Virus record (IMG/VR): IMGVR_UViG_3300047649_000007
Span: 2,366 to 34,365 of that record
Origin: a virus
Length of the DNA: 32,000 nt
Direction: 5' to 3' (one strand)
The notes beneath the pieces are model-generated. The model made no database searches, was not told the origin of the DNA, and saw only the letters and a program-made list of their open reading frames with translations. Below are positions 7,313 through 13,794 of this stretch, piece by piece; the first letter of the stretch is position 1, and every line of letters starts with the position of its first letter. Made by a program: the position numbers and the translations under genes.

Positions 7313-8389
7313 TTATCGCGCGGTGCGAGGTGAATTTGAGGGGTTACATACACCTTGACGCTCTATCTCTGCAATTGCTTTGAAAATGGGATATGCCTGT
7401 TGGGGTACAACTGCATTGCCTAAGCATTTAAGTCTGTCCACCCGATTGGGAACCCCTGAAGCCACTCTACCCACGTTGGGTTCAACTGCCCACCAGTTTG
7501 AACCACTACCGACGCTAAATCCTTTTGATTCTGACCTAGCATGTATTTCCCCGCTGTATTCTCGCTGTCGTGTGGGCGGGGTGTTGTTGGTGTCGGGTAA
7601 AGTGACACTGCTGTCGCTAGTGCATTTCCTTGCTGAATCCCTCTCGGATTGTTCGGATTTTTCCCAGGACCACCGGCCGATGCTCTTGGTGTTGGCCACA
7701 TTCTCACTGCAGTTGCTAATCCGTCTCCCGATGATTTCGACAGGCCTTTGCAATTGTAATTTCCGTTCAATGTCGGGGTCGGCCACATCTTCATACACTT
7801 TGGAGGTTCCCCGATTGGAGCAACTTTCACTTGTACTGATAGTTTCGGCTCTCCACGACTGTTGTGTGCAAATGTCCTGTTTGCTGAATCCCCCGCCTCT
7901 GGTGTACGCCACAAAGAAGAACCGTTCTCGTCTATGTTTTGCTCCGACAGCCGCAGCTTCATAATTGAATATCCCGACTTCGTAGCCCTCATGCTCCATG
8001 TCCTTGCAAACGTCGTCAGCGGCAATGTGCAAGATTCCAGGTACATTCTCACCGATGATATAATCCGGATGTAATTCTCGGATAACTCGGAGCATTTCGG
8101 GCCACAAGTACCGGTTGTCCTCTTTTCCTTTTTGCTTTCCGGCCACGGAAAAGGGCTGGCAGGGGAAACCACCTGAAATAATGTCAACTGTTCGTAATCC
8201 TGTTCGCTCATAAAAACTATCTCCTGTCAGTGTGCGAATATCTTTCCACCTCGGCACATCCGGCCAATGCTTTTCTAAAACTTTTGTTGGATAATCTGCC
8301 CATTCGCATTGCCCAACTGTTGTAAATCCTGCCCATTCAGCAGCCAAATCTAAGCCGCCGCTAAATACCAGAAAACAGACTGAGATGAG
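7313..8389 (-). CDS. DNA cytosine-5 methyltransferase (frame A; start codon unresolved)
   Basis: FSGGLDL (motif I), GGFPCQPFS (IV), ENVPG (VI), RRERFFFVA (VIII), LGNAVVPQ (X). First canonical start (TTG 8347) lies downstream of motif I; ORF is open back to the HNH stop at 8390. Confidence 0.8.
   Translation of the reverse strand, partial: LISVCFLVFSGGLDLAAEWAGFTTVGQCEWADYPTKVLEKHWPDVPRWKDIRTLTGDSFYERTGLRTVDIISGGFPCQPFSVAGKQKGKEDNRYLWPEMLRVIRELHPDYIIGENVPGILHIAADDVCKDMEHEGYEVGIFNYEAAAVGAKHRRERFFFVAYTRGGGFSKQDICTQQSWRAETISTSESCSNRGTSKVYEDVADPDIERKLQLQRPVEIIGRRISNCSENVANTKSIGRWSWEKSEQSERDSARKCTSDSSVTLPDTNNTPPTRQREYSGEIHARSESKGFSVGSGSNWWAVEPNVGRVASGVPNRVDRLKCLGNAVVPQQAYPIFKAIAEIERQGVCNPSNSPRTAR
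7420..8211 (-). CDS. 263-aa ORF overprinted in the +1 frame of the C5-MTase gene (WPTP-repeat protein)
   Basis: AGGAG 9 nt upstream of ATG 8211; LWRTPEAGD/MWPTPTLNG/MWPTPRASA/LYPTPTTPR repeats; C-terminal LNPTWVEWLQGFPIGWTDL; repeat copies differ only at this frame's synonymous sites. Confidence 0.5.
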   Translation of the reverse strand: MSEQDYEQLTLFQVVSPASPFPWPESKKEKRTTGTCGPKCSELSENYIRIISSVRMYLESCTLPLTTFARTWSMRATKSGYSIMKLRLSEQNIDENGSSLWRTPEAGDSANRTFAHNSRGEPKLSVQVKVAPIGEPPKCMKMWPTPTLNGNYNCKGLSKSSGDGLATAVRMWPTPRASAGGPGKNPNNPRGIQQGNALATAVSLYPTPTTPRPHDSENTAGKYMLGQNQKDLASVVVQTGGQLNPTWVEWLQGFPIGWTDLNA

Positions 8390-8959
8390 TCAGCTTATTT
8401 TTTGGCATTTGGCATCACCTCTTCTCATTTCGTTGTGTAGTTCCATATGACTTGCATATGTCATGATTACAAGGTTTTCAGGTCTATTGTCATTTTTAAT
8501 TCCGTTAATGTGATGCACAACCTCGGATTTTGGGTTTCCAGTGCCGAACCATTTAAGAGAACGCCCAATCATTTGTTCGGCTACAATAATGTGTTCAAAA
8601 ACATATCCTGAAATATCTGCTCTCGGATGCTCAGGCTGTGTTAGTAACACGTACCCAGCACGATTTTTAATTTTGCCGCCTTTCCAATACGAATTGAGTT
8701 CTCCAAATTGATTTCTTTTAGCGGGAATTCTTGCTTTAATTCCATTAACTTTCATGTGATTCCAAATTACTTTTTGAGACACTCCAAGTTCTTTCGCAAT
8801 TTCACATTGCGTCATTCCGCCCTCATACATTTGCCTTACCTTTCCTGTGTCGAGTGGAGTTATAAGCCTGTTTCTTGTATTTTCACGCCACGTTGACGTG
8901 CACCTTAATTTTGCTGATTTAGACATTCTGTCTTTAGTTTCTTTTGAAAGATGATACAT
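8390..8959 (-). CDS. HNH homing-type endonuclease with N-terminal HTH
   Basis: MTQCEIAKELGVSQKVIWNHM (HTH) plus YVFEHIIVAE...VVHHINGIKNDNRPENLVIMTYASHMELH (HNH); own GGAGG RBS and promoter. Confidence 0.8.
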   Translation of the reverse strand: MYHLSKETKDRMSKSAKLRCTSTWRENTRNRLITPLDTGKVRQMYEGGMTQCEIAKELGVSQKVIWNHMKVNGIKARIPAKRNQFGELNSYWKGGKIKNRAGYVLLTQPEHPRADISGYVFEHIIVAEQMIGRSLKWFGTGNPKSEVVHHINGIKNDNRPENLVIMTYASHMELHNEMRRGDAKCQKIS

Positions 8960-8994
8960 TTTACGTCCTCCGTGTAGTTTATTTATCTTACCTT

Positions 8995-9046
8995 ATTATA
9001 CCACAAACTACATGTAGTTGCAAGGTAAACAAAGGTATGATATAAT
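8995..9046. promoter_or_regulatory. back-to-back promoters sharing one palindromic -35 (TTGCAA), plus a 14-bp operator palindrome
   Basis: Plus: TTGCAA(9018-9023)-17-TGaTATAAT(9041-9046). Minus: the same TTGCAA-17-TGgTATAAT (9000-8995). AACTACATGTAGTT palindrome at 9006-9019. Confidence 0.6.
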
Positions 9047-9066
9047 ACTTTTTGAGGTGTAAAAAA

Positions 9067-9234
9067 ATGAATAGTAGAGGATTAAAGACGCGAGTTCCGC
9101 TGTCTAATTCCATAGATAAGGATTTATCAGAAAAGTTAAAAGCGCTGTCAAATGAAACTATGATTCCAATGTCAAAATTGCTTGATAAGGCAATAGCATT
9201 ACTCTTGAATGAATACTCTAAGGCTGCAAAATAG
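9067..9234 (+). CDS. ribbon-helix-helix (CopG/Arc-like) DNA-binding protein
   Basis: MNSRGLKTRVPLSNSIDKDLSEKLKALSNETMIPMSKLLDKAIALLL fits beta-helixA-helixB; GAGGTG 7 nt upstream; opposite strand to the surrounding operon. Confidence 0.6.
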   Translation: MNSRGLKTRVPLSNSIDKDLSEKLKALSNETMIPMSKLLDKAIALLLNEYSKAAK

Positions 9235-9249
9235 CAGCCTTATTTTTTT
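9221..9249 (+). terminator. rho-independent terminator after the RHH gene
   Basis: AGGCTGC-aaaata-GCAGCCT stem followed by TATTTTTTT. Confidence 0.65.
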
Positions 9250-9321
9250 ACACCAATTCCTGTAAAAAGTGATAAATGTGTCACATCAACACCTCATAAG
9301 ATTTTCTACACCTCAACTGCA

Positions 9322-9915
9322 TCAAATCCTTGCCTCCACTCGTTGTTTTGCCTCTGCAAGCAAATTATCGAGCGGCACAGTGTTTCTCTCTGCCAGTCTT
9401 GCAACATCAGCTTGCACTATTCCCGGCAATCGTCCAAACTCTGCCTGTGCCTTTGACTGCTTTTCATAGTTGGTCAAAAATCGGGTTTGTGCGAAGTTTT
9501 CAAATTCACTTTCCTCCGACATTGCCCAACTTCTTAATTGTGCCTTATCGCCTACAACACGCCTTACAAGCGCAGGGAGAGCATTAAAGGCTCGAGTATA
9601 ATCGTAACCGCCTTGCATGTATTCGCCCTGCTGAACGGCTTTACGGACTAACTGCCACGCTTCTATGCCTGACACTTGACTAGACTCGTCCATTTTGCTT
9701 ATGTATTCCTTGATTTCTGCGATGGACGGTTGCCACTTGCTATTGACAATGTGGAGAGTAACAGCAGCTTTAACTTTTTCAACTGGGGTATCTGAAAACA
9801 TTGATTGCCATAAAGAAATTGTTGCGTCAACCTCTTGGTCTGTCATATCTTTATAGGCTCGGGGGTAAGCAGTCGATAAAACTGTAAAAATAGCTGTTGT
9901 TTCAATGTCATTCAT
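9322..9915 (-). CDS. helicase-loader-like protein (SPP1 G39P family by eye)
   Basis: N-terminal IFTVLSTAYPRAY...ISLWQSMFSDTPVEKVKAAVTLHIVNSKWQPSIAEIKEYI resembles G39P; directly downstream of the replisome organiser. Confidence 0.55.
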   Translation of the reverse strand: MNDIETTAIFTVLSTAYPRAYKDMTDQEVDATISLWQSMFSDTPVEKVKAAVTLHIVNSKWQPSIAEIKEYISKMDESSQVSGIEAWQLVRKAVQQGEYMQGGYDYTRAFNALPALVRRVVGDKAQLRSWAMSEESEFENFAQTRFLTNYEKQSKAQAEFGRLPGIVQADVARLAERNTVPLDNLLAEAKQRVEARI

Positions 9916-10825
9916 TTTGTTTCTCCCTCAACCTGTCGGCGAATCGGTTTCCGGTACTCTGCGCCCCGGGACCTGTGCTGTTACCTGACTTGTTATCATA
10001 ATTTCCCTCGAGTGTTTTGGTCATATTATCGTCATTGAGAAGCCAATCGAACGTAGCAGACCAGTTACGCGGATTAGTACCCTTTAAAAATTCACTTGCT
10101 TCGGCTTTTTCAAAAAGTTCTTTAAATTTATCAATGTCGTGGTATTTTACCCACCGTGCATGAATAGCCTTTTTTCGTTCCGCAGATAAAGTTTGAATTT
10201 TTGGGTAAGAAACACAAACGGTAAGAAAAAGGTTTTTAATATCTTCATAAGGTGTTACATCGGATTTTGGAGGTGGTTCATCCGGTGGCTTGTCCGCCGC
10301 GTTTCCTGCTAGTGATCCTTCTACTGGATACGGGATACTGTTACTGGATACGGGATACGGTACATCGATATCCCTTGCCATGCCATTCGATAGGGTATCG
10401 ATAGGGCATCGATATGGTATCAATAGGGTATCAAAAAGTTGTAGATAGTGCTTGCAATGGGTTTCAACACACTCTAAAAATTCATTGACAAGTGCAGGAT
10501 TAACACTGCCAAGTTTCATGTCGCTAAGCCGTTTTATTGCGCCTTTGGCTTGTTTTTCGTTGTTGAGTGGATTGTATTTCAAGAACTTTTTTACAAGCAC
10601 ATAATCGCCTAGATAACTAACCATGCCGTTGCTTATAAGCTCTTTCATAAGTTCTAAAATTTTGGATTCATTAAATCCCGTGTCGCTTGAAATGTACTTG
10701 ATTGTTAGCCGGTAAAGTCCAACCATGTTCCGATGGGGAGAAGAAAAGAGGTAAATGAATAGCAATTTAGCCTCAACACTTAAAGCACAAAATTTTTCAT
10801 CCTCCCATATAGAACTTTCAATCAT
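9908..10825 (-). CDS. phage replisome organiser / DnaD-like replication initiator
   Basis: N-terminal SIWEDEKFCALSVEAKLLFIYL; C-terminal LSAERKKAIHARW...SEFLKGTNPRNWSATFDWLL...EGNYDN (conserved phage C-terminus pattern); iterons inside the gene. Confidence 0.7.
   Translation of the reverse strand: MIESSIWEDEKFCALSVEAKLLFIYLFSSPHRNMVGLYRLTIKYISSDTGFNESKILELMKELISNGMVSYLGDYVLVKKFLKYNPLNNEKQAKGAIKRLSDMKLGSVNPALVNEFLECVETHCKHYLQLFDTLLIPYRCPIDTLSNGMARDIDVPYPVSSNSIPYPVEGSLAGNAADKPPDEPPPKSDVTPYEDIKNLFLTVCVSYPKIQTLSAERKKAIHARWVKYHDIDKFKELFEKAEASEFLKGTNPRNWSATFDWLLNDDNMTKTLEGNYDNKSGNSTGPGAQSTGNRFADRLREKQNE
10322..10432. repeat. iteron cluster (candidate replication origin) inside the organiser gene
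   Basis: tactggatacgggatac twice (10322-10338, 10342-10358); then four tandem 11-mers tcgatagggta/tcgatagggca/tcgatatggta/tcaatagggta (10387-10430); inverted atcgatatccc between them. Confidence 0.6.
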
Positions 10826-10879
10826 GCTATATCCTGCCGTAATATCACCCCTTTATAGGGAGGGCGGCATAATAACCGC

Positions 10880-10907
10880 CCTATTAAATTTTTGGCTATT
10901 TTAGAAA
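10880..10907. repeat. left copy of a perfect 28-bp direct repeat
   Basis: cctattaaatttttggctattttagaaa, identical to 11367-11394; contains the last codons and stop of ORF 10896..11357. Confidence 0.9.
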
Positions 10908-11357
10908 CAGCGATATATCATCGTCATCTTTATGCCTTATTGGGCAAATAACTCCAATTGTTGTACCATATTCTTGAACCACGATAGGAAGGTAAAGACT
11001 GGGGGATGTGCCTTTAAATGTGCAGTGGTCCGGAAACAAATCAAGATATTTTTTACTTATCCACGTAATACCGGTTTCTCCTTTTAGAGGGATAATAACT
11101 CCATTGTTAAGTCGTTCAAAAACGTTGACTAATTTCAAATTTTCTCCACTTTCAGCTTTTTCAATAATATCAGCGAGCTTACTATCGAAACTTCTAAAAA
11201 GAGATGGATTCAATTCCATATCGCTTTCTGCTATAGCAACGACGACATACCCATCGAGAAGCCAATACTTGTTATCCATTTTGACTAAAGCAGGACATCT
11301 TGAATCGTGTCTCAAACAGTTGCGAAAATAATCCAATGCTTTATATATTTTTTTCAT
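10896..11357 (-). CDS. hypothetical protein, possibly a beta-clamp (DnaN)-like single domain
   Basis: 153-aa ORF with AGGAGG RBS; ISKKYLDLF...LPIVVQEYGTTIGVICPIR recalls the DnaN C-terminal domain; bracketed by a 28-bp direct repeat. Confidence 0.5.
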   Translation of the reverse strand: MKKIYKALDYFRNCLRHDSRCPALVKMDNKYWLLDGYVVVAIAESDMELNPSLFRSFDSKLADIIEKAESGENLKLVNVFERLNNGVIIPLKGETGITWISKKYLDLFPDHCTFKGTSPSLYLPIVVQEYGTTIGVICPIRHKDDDDISLFLK

Positions 11358-11366
11358 TATGTACCT

Positions 11367-11394
11367 CCTATTAAATTTTTGGCTATTTTAGAAA
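11367..11394. repeat. right copy of the perfect 28-bp direct repeat
   Basis: Identical to 10880-10907; here it runs into the AGGAGG RBS of ORF 10896..11357. Confidence 0.9.
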
Positions 11395-11416
11395 GGTATC
11401 ACCACGTTTCTGTAAG

Positions 11417-11845
11417 TTAGTTAAAAGGTAAATCATCGTCCTCATCTATCTCTACAAAGTCCCCATTATCACCTGTTGATGGAGTTGGCTGTTGCCCTTG
11501 ATATCCGCCGGATGCTTGTCCGTCTCTGCGAGGCTCTGCAAAATGGACATTGTTTGCGACAACTTCAAACGCTTTGCGCTTATTGCCTTGATTATCGGTA
11601 TAAGAGCGCGTTTGGACTGAACCCTCAACCGCAACCAATTGACCTTTGACAAAATGGTTTGCTGCAAATTCAGCCGTTCCTCGCCAACATACAATGTTAA
11701 TAAAGTCTGCTTGGCGTTCTGCCCCTGCTTTTTGATACGAACGGTCTACTGCAAGGGTAAAGCTACATACGGCAATGTCTGACGGTGTATGCTTTAATTC
11801 GGGGTCTTGAACGCATCTTCCATTCAATGCAACTACATTTAACAT
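11417..11845 (-). CDS. ssb: single-stranded DNA-binding protein
   Basis: OB-fold N-terminus (MLNVVALNGRCVQDPELKHT...FINIVCWRGTAEFAANH), Gly/Gln-rich linker, acidic tail DEDDDLPF. Confidence 0.9.
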   Translation of the reverse strand: MLNVVALNGRCVQDPELKHTPSDIAVCSFTLAVDRSYQKAGAERQADFINIVCWRGTAEFAANHFVKGQLVAVEGSVQTRSYTDNQGNKRKAFEVVANNVHFAEPRRDGQASGGYQGQQPTPSTGDNGDFVEIDEDDDLPFN

Positions 11846-12339
11846 TTACTTTTCCTCGATTCGCTTATTTTCTGCCGGGTTTCATCCGATTCATGTATTC
11901 CTAAATGGTGGAATGCTGTATGTGCTCCAAATTTCATAAGGCAAAGATTTTCAATTCGGTTATCATCCTTTTTCCCATTCAAATGATGAATACAGCAATC
12001 TTTTTTAACTGAAATTCCAGTAGCTTCTTCCCAGACAAGGATATGTTCCATTACATATCCTTTTTTATCTGCTCTTGGATGTCCGCGCATAAGTCTTAAA
12101 ATATAGCCTTTACGGTTGGTTGTTTTCCCTCCGTGCCAATTAGGGCTCTTTTCGCCTTTTTTAGAAGCAGAACGGTTTAAAAATTCAATTGCTTTATTAC
12201 GGCGGAGCCCCATTCCAGTTGCTTCTTTGTAAATTGAAAGCCATGAACGATTATTAAAATGTTCCATTAGTTGTATATCTGTCATAAGATTGTAATTGCT
12301 TTTTAGATAGCTTTTATCTGTTTCTGACCATCTCTGCAT
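11839..12339 (-). CDS. HNH homing-type endonuclease (paralogue of 8390..8959)
   Basis: ATG 12339 after TAGGAGG; GYVMEHILVWE...CCIHHLNGKKDDNRIENLCLMKFGAHTAFHH. Confidence 0.8.
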   Translation of the reverse strand: MQRWSETDKSYLKSNYNLMTDIQLMEHFNNRSWLSIYKEATGMGLRRNKAIEFLNRSASKKGEKSPNWHGGKTTNRKGYILRLMRGHPRADKKGYVMEHILVWEEATGISVKKDCCIHHLNGKKDDNRIENLCLMKFGAHTAFHHLGIHESDETRQKISESRKSKC

Positions 12340-12349
12340 ATGATTCCTC

Positions 12350-12604
12350 CTATAAATAATTTTTACCAAATATTTTTAAGAAACTTTCGCCGGGATGTTC
12401 ATCCTCAAACTTCTGCTGAAACTCACGTTTTAACCTTAATTCATTTTCTCGATTAAAATGGATGCCGTTTGGTGGTTCATTGTGGCAAAAGTGGCAGAGG
12501 TCAACTACAAGTCCAAACTTTTCAGAATTTTTCTTGTTTGATGCTCCAAAAACATGGTGAGATTCAATCCAATATGTAGAGCCACAAAGCCAGCACTCTC
12601 TCAT
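12350..12604 (-). CDS. small Cys/His nuclease-like protein (NinG/HNH-like)
   Basis: MRECWLCGS...ESHHVFG...LCHFCHNEPPNGIH; ATGA overlap with upstream gene. Confidence 0.45.
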   Translation of the reverse strand: MRECWLCGSTYWIESHHVFGASNKKNSEKFGLVVDLCHFCHNEPPNGIHFNRENELRLKREFQQKFEDEHPGESFLKIFGKNYL

Positions 12605-13134
12605 TCTCCCCACGCATTCGTTAACCGCGATAATTCATCCGGTGTCATGGTTTCAATGCCTTGTTCCTTGCAATCCTGCACCAAAAGCTCGATTAGCCTT
12701 GACATTTGAAGCGTGTCATATGTAGAGGAACCGTAATAGCAAATGATGTTCTTATAACCCTCTAATTTGCTCTCACAGAGCTCCTCACACACCCACCCTT
12801 TACCGTGTAGTTTCCAGTTTTTAATCCATTGCTCGGCGGCATCAGAGCGAATAGGAACAATCTGAAAATTGTCTCCGATTTCTCGTATATACTCACGGTA
12901 AAGATCAGTTGTTGAAGCATGTAAGACAGCGGCAAGCTTACCAATAAGCACCCAAAAATAAGAATTGGCATCACGGGAGCGTTTTTCTCGGTATTCCTTG
13001 ATATCTGCAACATAGAGTTTGTTAAGCATATTTGAAACAAAATCTTTTGCAAATTGAGGGATCTTAACTCTTAAAGACAGCCAAAATCCCTCGTTGTCCT
13101 GTGACCACTTCACACGGTCAAATTGGATGGTCAT
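12601..13134 (-). CDS. recombination-module protein (putative nuclease family, uncertain)
   Basis: EKRSRDANSYFWVLIGKLAAVL resembles the RSxxxNxYxW signature of HNHc_6-type phage proteins (from memory); lies between erf and ssb. Confidence 0.45.
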   Translation of the reverse strand: MTIQFDRVKWSQDNEGFWLSLRVKIPQFAKDFVSNMLNKLYVADIKEYREKRSRDANSYFWVLIGKLAAVLHASTTDLYREYIREIGDNFQIVPIRSDAAEQWIKNWKLHGKGWVCEELCESKLEGYKNIICYYGSSTYDTLQMSRLIELLVQDCKEQGIETMTPDELSRLTNAWGE

Positions 13135-13748
13135 AACTTGTATGCCTCAATAATTTTTGCAATCTCGTCGTACCTTGCTATAGGAACTTCGGATAATTTA
13201 TCATGACCAGTCAATGGTTTAACCATATCGTTTGCATTTGCGCCAAATTTGGCTTTGATAGCATGCCATAGCTGTTTGGCTTGCGTTTCCGATAAATTCC
13301 CTATTGTCGGTGTGGTTGCCTTTGAAGACTGTACCTTCTCCGGTTTGCTCACCTGTTCTTGATATTCATTGGTATCAGCGTCTTTCGTGTCATCGATGAG
13401 GAATAAGCCGTTAAGCGCATACTTACGAGCGTAGCTTGATGCCGCTCCAGTAATTTGACTGTCATCCATGCCTTTTTTTGTTTCAGATTCACGCGCATAA
13501 CCACGATTGAATATTGTCTGCTTTTCAGCATTGGTGAGTGTAGCTGTTGCTTGTATGTACGCATGGGTGCCAACCTGTTCGACTTTATCATCAAGTGTTA
13601 AAGTTAACCCAACTTCTTTTAAAAGCGGCTTGGAGGCTTCGAGAATGTCCTCACAGCTGCGGTAATTGTATTTGCCAAAGTCATTGTATTGACCTTTTGG
13701 CACTTTAAGCTTAGACTGTATTTCCAAAAGTTGTTCCGAAATATTCAT
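13131..13748 (-). CDS. erf: ERF-family single-strand annealing protein
   Basis: YNYRSCEDILEASKPLL...GAASSYARKYALNGLFLIDD is the typical ERF core. Confidence 0.8.
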   Translation of the reverse strand: MNISEQLLEIQSKLKVPKGQYNDFGKYNYRSCEDILEASKPLLKEVGLTLTLDDKVEQVGTHAYIQATATLTNAEKQTIFNRGYARESETKKGMDDSQITGAASSYARKYALNGLFLIDDTKDADTNEYQEQVSKPEKVQSSKATTPTIGNLSETQAKQLWHAIKAKFGANANDMVKPLTGHDKLSEVPIARYDEIAKIIEAYKL

Positions 13749-13794
13749 TCAATCATTCCTTTTCATTTTCAAATACAATAGGGCATTCATACCC

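Noticed and set aside
7380-7964. 194-aa plus-strand ORF antisense to the C5-methyltransferase
   Set aside because: There is no RBS or promoter, and it is Leu/Ser/Pro-rich like a shadow frame. It is probably kept open because two sense frames constrain the sequence. It is worth a glance only if the dual-coding finding is followed up.
10387-10432. Tandem 11-bp repeats considered as a CRISPR or minisatellite
   Set aside because: The units are only 11 bp with no spacers and lie inside a replication-initiator gene. Iterons are the better explanation.
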